Origin: the human T2T-CHM13v2.0 reference genome, Homo sapiens
Assembly: GCF_009914755.1 (NCBI RefSeq)
Contig: NC_060925.1
Strand: one strand, 5' to 3'
DNA length: 64,000 bases
Below the pieces are notes generated by a model that worked only from the letters and a program-made list of their open reading frames with translations, had not been told where the DNA came from and searched no databases. The translations under genes were made by a program, and so were the position numbers. Shown piece by piece: positions 51,601-61,490 of this stretch; positions within the stretch are counted from its first letter, which is position 1; the number at the start of each line of letters is the position of its first letter.

Positions 51601-54015
51601 AGCGGGGCTACATGAGAAGCGCCATGCCTGGGGTCTGGGTTCTCCCAGTGGCTGCCGAATTGAGCTAATTAAGCCCAGAGGAGCCACTGCCTGGTCCAGG
51701 ACCAGTCTGACAAAACCTGTCCTGGGTCCTTTCCACTGGCTTTTGCACCATCTTTCACAGTGATCAGTTTCTGGGCCTCAGTTCCTTCTCCTGGGTCCCC
51801 CTTTCCCTTCTTTGTTTTGAGGGTTCTACCTTAGCCTTCCCAAGTCTTGGGGTGCTGGTGGGGCTAGAGACTGGCACTGCTCCAAGGTCATACACACAAT
51901 CTGTTCTCTGGCTTGACTGAGCTCCTTGAGGGCAGGGGCCAGGTCTGAGTTGCCTCTGGCCTTTCCCTGTCCAGCATTGAGCCTGTAATCCTTGGGCCCT
52001 GACCAGAGGGCCCAGCCCTTGCTGGTCTCAGTTGTTGGACTGGCCAAGGTGGCACAAGCTTGCATGGGGCCTTCTTCCTCACAGGTGGCACGAGGAGGTG
52101 GGGTGTGTGCTGAATTGGAATACATGGCTCCTTGTGTCCAACTTCCTCTTCCCGACTGGCCCAAGGCTTGGGAACAGTGGCTGCCTTTCTGGGGCAGCCA
52201 GGGCACCTGGCCAGAGTGTGCTCTGTCGGGCACTGTCAGCTCTTCAGCAGGCCCCGGTCCTCCTCTTAACCTAGAGAAGGCCCTGGGTTATTGGTGTTGT
52301 TCTTGGCGGACCACCGAGCCCCTCAGCAAACAGGGAGGTGAGTGTGCACCCGGTCTAGGCCTGTTTGTGTTGGCCTCGCCAGGCGGGGGATTAGCTCAGC
52401 TGGGCTGCTAATTGCCTCCGAAGTGCCGGCCGGGATGCTGACAAGGGCTGGGCCTCCAGTCCCCTCCTCCCGCAGCAGGCACTGTGCCAGGCTTGGGGGC
52501 CTGGCCCAGAAGGGCCCCTTCTCTCCCCTGTCAGCGCCTGCTTGGCCTAGACCCTTGAGATGTGGGCAGGGGGTCACCAGGACTGGCGGCTCAGGAAGGA
52601 ATCGGGGGAGATGCTTATGAAGTCATCGACTGGGCCAGGCCAGGCTGTGTTCCACACACCCCTCCCCCACATGCCTTAAGACCGCCTCTCCAGCTCCCCT
52701 TCTGAATCAGACACTTTCTCCTGAAGCTCAGCACTTTTTTCCTCTTACTAGGAAGCTGCTGGGCTCCTTTGCCCAGACACCCTCACCTCAGTCGCTGCTC
52801 TGAGCTCCCACAGCATCTTCTCTCTTCTTGTCTCTTTCTCCCTGTCTTCCTCATGTCTGTCCTCCCTCTCTGCCTTTTCGTCACTCTGTGTCTAGCCTTT
52901 CTTAGTCTCCCGCAGTTGTCTAGTTCCTAGACTTCCCTTCTGTCCTGTTTTCCTGTGTTCTCTGGCCTTTGCTTGGCCTTTACTGCTCCCCAGACTTCCC
53001 ATGGACTGGTTGTTCTCAGGAAGAGGCTGAGAAGGAGGTCTACTTTGTCACTGCATTTTCACGGCTCTCCTAGAGAACTTCAGGCCCAAGCTCTGAGGGC
53101 AGCTACGAGGATAGAGCCTGGACACAGGTTCTCTGCAAGCGGACCCAGCCTGGGAGCCTGAAAGTCTTACTTCCGTCCCCACAGGCAGAGCGCTTGGGGC
53201 CCACTACACCTTTTCCTGCAGCTCTGGCACTCCTGTCTGCACTTCCGACTTGGCCCTGCTCTCTGGCCTTGCCCTGCTTTTCCCAGACGTTGGGATCTCA
53301 ATCAGCCCCTCCAGCTGGTGCCCAGGGACAGCTTTGCTATAACCTTGTTGGCTGCTGCCTGGGTCTCCTGGCCTCTGGGATTCTCTGCTCTCCTATTGGG
53401 GTTTTCTACTTTGGGTAAAGATCTGCCTGCTTCTGAGCTCTGGGTAGGGTCAAAGTCTTGCAGCACCTGCCTCAGCCCTCAACTTGTTCCATGTGAATTA
53501 GAGGGATTGAGCCACTCCTCGTTTCATCCCCCCTCCTGCTCTCTTCAACTTACAATGACCTCAACTGCCATGACCTTAACTGCCTCCTAGGTTCCTGAAA
53601 AGGGAATAGTAATATTTCCAGTGAGAGTTGTCTGGGAGGGTAGACACAAGGAGAAGAGGGAGAATTAGAGAAGATGCTGAGGGAGCTCAGGGCAGCAACT
53701 GAGGTGAGGGCATTTGGGCAAAGGAGCCAGCAGTTTTCTAGAAGAGTTGTTGAACTTTACCAATGTTCTCTTATTTAACACCCCCAATAAATAGATTCTA
53801 TTATTATCTAGCCCCATTGAAGTATGTGTTTAAGGGGGTGGGACAGGCCCATTTTACAGATGAAGAAATGAGTCTGGGAGAGGACAATGAATTGTCCAAG
53901 GTTTTATCTAGTGAAGAAGTGGCAGTGCTGGGATCCAAACCAGGTCTATCTGATTTCAAAGCCTGGGACCTTTGCATAGTGCTAGAAAATGGTTCAGCAT
54001 GGTCACCTTGACTTC

Positions 54016-54230
54016 TTGGTTTGGTTTTGTTTTGAGACAGGGTCTTGCCCTGTTGCCTAGGCTGGAGTGCAGTGATGCAGTCTCAGTTCACTGCAACTTC
54101 TGTCCCCAAGGCTCAAGTGATCCCCACTCCTCACCCTCCTGAGTAGCTGAAACTACAGGTGTGTGCCACTGTGCTAGGTTAATTTTTGAATTTTTTGTAG
54201 AGGTGGAGTTTCACTATGTTGCTAACCTTG
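54016..54230 (-). mobile_element. Truncated Alu (J-type)
   Basis: Right arm plus part of the left arm. Confidence 0.85.
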
Positions 54231-55064
54231 ACTTATTTGCTGCTCTTGTACCCTCTATCCCCTCTCCCTGCCTTTCTGAGGATGAGGTGTCCTTTTTTGT
54301 CCACCCATACTCTATACCGTGTCCGGGACCTCCCTTTGTCTATTATGCCCCTGCCCCCGATTCTTCACAAATTCATAAGCACCCCTGCTGTCCTGAAAGC
54401 ACTTTTCTTTAGCCCTTTACCCTGCTAAGCCTTTGGAAAGCTGAGCACAGAGCAGCCTACCCACTCCCCGGCTGCTGTGAGTTTGCTGCAGCGGGGGTGG
54501 GGGATAGGCCATGGCCTACCTTGGTAAGAATAAGGACTTCACTTAGTTAGAATGGAGGTTCCTGAGAAGCCACCCTGGATCTCCCCATCAGCAACGAGTT
54601 CCCTTGGCTGTGGCTTTAGACTTGAGTTACTTGAAGTTTTCCACCCAGACTCCTTATTCTAATTGGATTCTAATCCTGGAGTTTACCTGTGAGCCATAGT
54701 CCTTGGATTCCCATGTCTCAGGACAGAAACTAAGTCCTTTTCCCTCATCCCCTACCTCCCATGTCAGTACCCAGTTTACCAGGCCCTCTACTCAACCAGG
54801 CCCTCATCAATACTCTTGAAAGATCTGACTAGGCCAAGGTTTAAGTAGCTGGTCATGACCCAGTGAAATGCACACGAAGAAGCCTTTGTGTGTTAACAGT
54901 GAAGTTTCAGAAAGCATGCAGGTGGGTCCTTGTGGCCCTCAAACCACCTATTAAGAAGGCAAAGGGGCCCCTATATATAGAATTTGCTACTATTTGTCTG
55001 CTATTCCCATGACCTTCTCCAAGTCTCTTCTCCCTATTCTATAAAAAAAGTCACTGTCACAATT

Positions 55065-56940
55065 GCAAGATAAAGAAATAATTGTTTTATCGTGCATCAG
55101 ACTATGTCATGGGACGTCACAATGGCAAAGAGCCTAGTATAAAAATTGGAGTATGGGGTGGGGCAGCAGAGTGGGTTAGCAGCATCCAGAGCTGGGCTTT
55201 ATCCAGCCCTAGGCCTCAGGGCATCACCTTTGCCTTGGGACGAGAGGAGAGTGGTTTGGGCAGGATGTGGACCCTCTGGCCAATTTCCAGGCCACGGTGA
55301 GGCCAAGAGGGGGTGGGCTATGTAAGGGCTGTGCCAGTTCCCCCTGGGACAGTTTGGAGCTGGGCATGTCCAAAGAAGCTCCTTTTCCTGTGGCTGTGGA
55401 TTTCTTTGATCTCTGCAGCACTGGCGGTGGTTGGCCTGGGCAGTGGTTCCTAGAATTTGGTCTCATTAACCTAGGTCGCAACCTTCAGAACCCCAGGAAG
55501 ATCAGCTTTAGGAACTCCCTGGCAGGTGAAAAGGGCAGTTCCCATCATACCAGCATCCAGCCTGGACCTACTGTTCCCTGGATGGGGAGAGTGGCTCAGC
55601 TCTTTCCTCTGGGAGGGGAGGGGTCCTCATTGTTCCCTCTTTCTGGGTCTAGCCTCTGCTAGTGAGGCATAGTATTTTTTTTGGGCTTAGTAGACAGCTG
55701 AACAGCCAGCCAGGGGAGCAGCGGACCCAGCTGGGCAGCTGTGGCGACAGTTGGCTCAGCTTTCATCCACATCAGAGCTGGCCTGCCCCAAGATTATCAA
55801 CCACATTTGAATGTGGCTCCAGCACCTCACTTGGTTTTGGCTTCCTCCTTGTATGGACATTGAGCAGAGATCTTGGCTGGGGGCCAAGGGTGTTGACCCT
55901 CTTTTCATGAGGGAGCCAACACTAGGAGGCACAAACCACAATGCCTGGAGAAGAGTTTCTGCAGGCTGGAGCCCATATTCCGAATCTCGGACGTTGAATT
56001 CAGCCACTGAACACAGGAGCCAGGAGCTTGGAGTCTGGGAACCCCAAGTGGGGGATCACAGAGCATAAAATCTCAGACCTGAAACTTAGAGCCCCAGTGT
56101 GGGGGCAGTCTGGAAAGTGGGCTGACAGCAACTTCCTCTGGTGATTGGGAGCCCATCTGAGAAGCAGATGGGTCAAGGGCAAGGTCTTGATCCATGCATG
56201 TCCTTCTCACAAGCCTGGGCGGGGCTCGTGATGGTTTGGCGGTTGTACAGGGTCAGGCCCAGGTTGCTGGTGCTGTCTCTTGGGAAATCTTGCAGTACCT
56301 ATGGTACCTGGGACCCCAGGGACTCGGATGTGCTGGGGAGGGGTGCACCACACTGCTGAGACCTCACTGTCAGCCTTCCAGCTGTTCACATCTTTCCTCA
56401 GAGCCTGTTCTGCCCTTAGGAACCATGTGGGCTCCAGCTCAGCCTGTGGTCTCTGGCTCCTGCTGCTTCCCTGCCCCTTTTCGTCCAGCCAGAACCCCTG
56501 CCCCAGGCTCAGACCCAAGAAGACCTGCAGTTTCTCTACCTTTGGGTACAAGAACCAAGGAGGAGGCTTGGCTGGAGGACTCTTCTGGCCCTGCCTGTCC
56601 ATCCAGCTTGCTGTGAGAGGTCTGGGGAGCACTGCCGTCTCTGATGTCAGATGGGCATTAGCATTCTTGGTTTGTCTGCTTCCCAGGACTGTTGTGGCCA
56701 TCAAGTGAGATGGCCTGTACAGGGCCTAGAACACGTAGTATTTGCTCAATAAATTGTGTTGAGTAAGATAATGGGAGAGGACTTTATTGCACAGCCCTTT
56801 CCTCCCTCCCTCTCGCAGGTGTGTGTGTGTGTGTTTTCCTTTTTCAGTTTCATGGAGGAACAGTGCTGTGAAAGGTGACTCGGGCATGACTGCAAAGGCA
56901 CAGCCCTTTCCTCCCTCTCTCTCGCAGGTGTGTGTGTGTG

Positions 56941-56990
<50 letters not shown>

Positions 56991-57810
56991 TCAGTTTCAT
57001 GGAGGAACAGCGCTGTGAAAGGTGACTCGGGCATGACTGCAAAGGCACAGCCGGGATCCCTGGTCCAGGATGGCAGCCTATATGCCTGCCTAGGTGGGTC
57101 TGGGGAGTGGTTAAGTTTCCTCTTCCCAGGGGCAGGCTGGGGCAGGCTGGGTTCTAGGGTGGGACTTCAGTCGTCTCTTGCTCTCATCTCCCTCTTCTTG
57201 CCTGGAAGGACCCACAGATATCGAACCTCTAGCTGTCCATGTAAGGGCTGAAATGAATCTGGTGCCCTTGACCTGGTATCTGCTTGTTCCCTTTCTCAGG
57301 GCATTTGAGAGACATGGCTTCTAGGCTCAAGCTGCCAGGAGTCCATGTGTATGTGTGCTGGAGAGTTAAGAGTTCTTTTTTTCCAGAGGGTGTGACTTCC
57401 ATCAAGTCGGTACCTATTTTCCCTGCCATAAGGCCCCCTCTTCCCCGATGACACGGTCAGTAGCCATGTGGTGGTAATACTCCTTGTTACTCCACCTTAG
57501 GTCTGCAAGTAGAAAAACGGACACAGATAACAACTGAGTGGTCAGTGGCAGCCACATGCGGGCAGCCAGCGGCACGAGCAAGGTCCCTTTGGTCAGTGGC
57601 AGCCACAAAGGCCCAGGCTTTGGGGAGGCCCTGGTTGGTGCCCTTGGGGTTGCCTGCCTGGTTTCGGCAATAAATAACATGAGGACCCAAAAACCAAACC
57701 AGAACAAAAAATACAACCAGTATCTCTTGGGGTAGGTGGTGGGAGACTGTTTAAATTATCGGCCTTCCCTGGGCCACTAGGTGGTTGCCGGCGCAGGGCT
57801 AGGCAGGCGG
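55065..57810 (-). other. WNT4: WNT4 3' UTR (distal end approximate)
   Basis: Follows the stop; AATAAA at 56783-56788 (-) and variant GATAAA at 55086-55091 (-), the latter followed by U-rich sequence. Confidence 0.65.
56789..57052. repeat. Two-copy tandem duplication (109 and 147 bp) with an embedded (TG)n microsatellite, in the WNT4 3' UTR
   Basis: Units 56789-56897 and 56898-57044 are near-identical outside the TG tract; GCACAGCC occurs at all three junctions. Confidence 0.95.
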
Positions 57811-58278
57811 TCATCGGCACGTGTGCAACTCCACGAGCCGCTGGCACTGCCGGCACTTGACGAAGCAGCACCAGTGGAATTTGCAGCTGCAGCGTTCAGC
57901 CAGCTCCACCTGCGCCGTGTGGAAGCCGCGGCCACAGCACAGCAGCTCACAGCCGTCGATGGCCTTGGACGTCTTGTTGCATGTGCGGCCCCTCGTGCCC
58001 AGCACGCCGCTGCGCATGTCCTGCTCACAGAAGTCGGGGCTAGGCTCCAAGTACACCAGGTCCTCATCTGTGTGCGGCTTGAACTGTGCGTTGCGTGGCA
58101 CCAGTGCCCTGGAGGAGCCCACGCGGCGTGGCTCCACCTCAGTGGCACCATCAAACTTCTCCTTCAGTGCGTGACCCACCTGGCGGAAGGGCGGCACGGC
58201 TCGCCAGCACGTCTTTACCTCACAGGAGCCTGACACCCCGTGGCACTTGCATTCCACCCGCATGTGTGTCAGGATGGC
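57811..58278 (-). CDS. WNT4: WNT4 last coding exon (exon 5)
   Basis: Acceptor cccacAG; [25 protein letters not shown]...[19 protein letters not shown] followed by TGA; Wnt signature [10 protein letters not shown] with the acylated Ser. Confidence 0.99.
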   Translation of the reverse strand, partial: AILTHMRVECKCHGVSGSCEVKTCWRAVPPFRQVGHALKEKFDGATEVEPRRVGSSRALVPRNAQFKPHTDEDLVYLEPSPDFCEQDMRSGVLGTRGRTCNKTSKAIDGCELLCCGRGFHTAQVELAERCSCKFHWCCFVKCRQCQRLVELHTCR

Positions 58279-58973
58279 CTGTGGGAGAGGGTGGGGGAGA
58301 GGGGCCATCAGGAGATGGCAAGGGAAGGCAGGGGAGGGCCGCGGAGGCTGACAGCCGAGCATCGGGGTCCCTGGGGCTGACGCTGCAGTCAGATTTGCCG
58401 TTGTGCCTCCTCTTACGAATTACGCGGTACTGGGCTGCTAAGCAGTGTTGTGACAGGTGAACGAGGTACTGTCCCTGCACTTGGGGCACTGGGAGTTGAA
58501 GAAAGAGAAGCACTAAGGGTGGTGTCCTATCAACAGTGAGTGACAGGTGTGGGGTGGGGAGAACACTGCTGCATTTAACCTCCACGGGAACCTTGGGGAG
58601 TAGGCATCCAGAAGGCAGGTGGCATTACAGTTAGGCACATGATCTTCGTGGTGATGGAGAGAAAGGTTCACATCTAGCTCTGCTGCTCTTTTGGGGAATG
58701 AGTGTGTGTGAGAGACAGGGATGGACACATATATGTATGTGTGTGGGGGGGCCATATGTATGGAGGGGGCCACTTACCCCATTCTGTAACACCTGCCTGC
58801 CTGTCTGTACCCCCCTCTGGCCTGTCCTGAACCCCACTGGCCTACAGAAGGTGCCAGGTGCTGGTGAGAGCCTGCACAAATGTTTTCTGAGTGGCCGTGT
58901 GGGTGGGAGAGTCTGTGGGGCCCTGCCCATGCTATCCCTACCCCGCTCTTGGTGGGGGGTAGTGCCACACTAC

Positions 58974-59116
58974 CTTCCTGCCGGCCTCATTGTTGTGGAG
59001 GTTCATGAGGGCTCTGCTGGACGAGGCCCCCTTGCTTCTCTCCCGCACATCCACAAACGACTGTGAGAAGGCCACACCGTAGGCGATGTTGTCAGAGCAT
59101 CCTGACCACTGGAAGC
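58974..59116 (-). CDS. WNT4: WNT4 exon 4 (143 nt)
   Basis: (G)[47 protein letters not shown]; AG acceptor and GTAGTG donor; in frame with exon 5. Confidence 0.99.
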
Positions 59117-59207
59117 CTGGGGTGTGGTGGGCACAGAAAGGGCTGCGGTGAGTGAGGGCCAGGGCCAAGCCCCCTGCCCTCCCACTCTGACCACCTCCTG
59201 CACCTAC

Positions 59208-59339
59208 CCTGTGGGCTGACCCCATGCACTGTCCTGTCACAGCCGCACTTCTCCAGCTCCCCACTGCTGCACGCCCGCGTCACTGCAAAGGCCACACCTG
59301 CCGAAGAGATGGCGTACACGAAGGCCGCCTCCCGAGTCC
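59208..59339 (-). CDS. WNT4: WNT4 exon 3 (132 nt)
   Basis: (G)[43 protein letters not shown]; AG acceptor and GTAGGT donor; 91-nt intron to exon 4. Confidence 0.99.
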
Positions 59340-61254
59340 CTGTGGGAGGCAGAGGGAGGGCAGAGCTGGGTCCCAGGGCTCCTCCCTGCACCCTCCTTTG
59401 TAGAGGGGGAGGGGCATATGGAGCCTCCTGCTTGCTGGAGGCCAGGAGGGAGCAAGACAGGCAGAAATCATGTGCTAGGCACCCCACGGCGCTTGTTCTT
59501 ATCACACCAATAGCTGAATCTGCTTCCTTTACCAGGCGTGGCTTAGGGCTTTTCAAACGTGCAGATGCTGTCATCCTCACAACCACCCCAGGAGGCAAGT
59601 ACTGTTACCATCTCCATTTAAACAGAGGCTCGGGGGCTTTTCCGAGGTCACTGAGCCAGCAGACAGTCTGGCTTCAGAGCTTGTGTTCCCAGCTCCTGTG
59701 GGAAGCCGTTCTCACTACCCCCACCAGAAGGTTCGTGAAGGTTTATGGAAGACCAGACAGGCTGGGAGAGGTGAACTGGCTTGCCAAGGCTGCAGGTAGA
59801 AAGAAGGCCTGGACTATAAACTCAGGTCTGGCCTGTTCCCCAGCTGGCCCCACTGGGCTCTGAGGAGTTGCCCTTCCTTATGTATGATCTTGCCCCTTCC
59901 TCTGAGACTGGGCCTGTTTCTGAAAATGTCTTGCTTCCTTAGAGTAAACCGTAATAACAACAGCTTCTACGTAACCCCCAACCCCTACTGTGGCTAATTA
60001 GGAGATACCTATTATGCATAAGCCCTCCACCACTGGGGGCTTCATTGTCCCCCATTTTATAGACGGAGAAATGGAGGATCAGCCGGGGAAGGGATTTGGT
60101 CCCAGTCACCCAGCCAGAGAGCCATGGAACCAAGACTCAAGCACACGTCTGTCTGCCTCTGCCTCATGACTTCTCAGTGGTTCTATTTTGGTGCCCGCCC
60201 TCGTCCCTCGCCTGAATGGATGTTTTTATCCTCCTAAGAACTGTGCCTCGGGGGTGTAGCTGTTGTGGACTCTCTTTCTGGAGGTGGGGGGCAGTGTGTG
60301 AGCTGGAGTATGCATGGCCGGCTGGGTGTGTGACCAGACAGCAGACCATGCTCCCCTCCTGGGCCCTGTGAGGAGGGCCTCTGTACGCTGTGACTGTCCT
60401 TCTGTCTCTTGCCTGAGTGTCTGTGTCCGCAGGAGCGGAGGGGGCAGGCTTTGGCCCCATGGTTGGCAATTACCTCTGTGACATCCAGGCCTGTGCTCTC
60501 GGCTGCCCCAGGGAGCAGTCACCGTGGTCAGATGGAAACAATCACCTTCTCTGTGCCCCTGTCTGTGGACAGAGGCAGTAGAGGCTGAGCACTGAGGTGG
60601 GAGGCAGCTCAGTCCCCGACCACTCAGGACGCCCTGTTCTTGGTTCGGCCCTTGAGCTGGCGATAGTGCCCACCACCCACTCTCCACTGCCCACTCTCCA
60701 CCCTGGCTTGGCCATTTTGGGCCAGCACTGGGGGGCTTGGCTGGAGCAATGGCGCCTCGACAGCCTGAGACAGAGTCTTCTCCGAGTTAATCGAGGTTAA
60801 TAGCAGGATCATGTTGGTTGGTTTTATGCTGTGGCCGCCCAAAGAGAGACGACTTCAGTTTCTGGTATTTCTGGTATTTCCAGGCCTGAACCAGCACAAA
60901 TCTTTGCCCCAAAGACCAAGGGGGAAGGGAAGTCAAAGCAGGAGACGGGGCTGGCTGATGAGACTGGCGGGTCGCCTCAGCCTGGCCTCGCGTGGTCCTT
61001 CCTCCTCTGCTGGTCTTGGCTCCCAGGCCACCCCGGCCCAACCCAAGCCCCAGGCTGATCTCCCCTGTGTACTGGTGGTCCCTGGGGTGCAGGGCCACCA
61101 GGGAGGTTGCTCAGAGAGACCTCTGCCTCATTCCCCAAACCAACATTCATCCACCGAGACTCCAGGTTCATTTTGCCCTGGCTTTGGGAACAAGAACACT
61201 GGAGTTTTCTCAGCTCGGGAGCGGTCCTGAAGGAAGAGATTCTGGAAGGAAGAT

Positions 61255-61490
61255 AATAATAACGAGCTAAAGCTTACAGACAGCTTACCATGTGCTGGGC
61301 TCTGTCTAAGGACTTCACATGTGTTATATACTTGTCCCAACAACCCTATGAAGTAGATACTTTTCATCCTTCTTTGACAGATGAGGAAACTGAGGCACTG
61401 AGTGGTAAAGCAACTTGTCCAACAATACCCAGCCAGGAAGTGGTGGAGCTAGAATTTGAGCCCAGGCAGCCAGACTCCAGAGCTTTTAAA
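61255..61490 (-). mobile_element. MIR, WNT4 intron 2
   Basis: caaccctatgaagtagatact...acagatgaggaaactgaggc...gagcccaggcagccagactccagagc. Confidence 0.82.

Noticed and set aside
56726-57251. ORFs with HTHTHT or CVCVCV runs, and + strand acceptor-like tracts
   Set aside because: Products of the (TG)n repeat and the duplication; no partner exon is evident.
57771-57789. Second CTCF-like motif GGGCCACTAGGTGGTTGCC
   Set aside because: Mismatches in the 3' GGCRS core make it too weak to call without ChIP data.
57593-59863. Overlapping and antisense ORFs of 100-184 aa over WNT4
   Set aside because: Shadows of GC-rich coding sequence. Only the spliced minus-strand frame has Wnt motifs, and the ORF-track N-terminal extensions are intronic.
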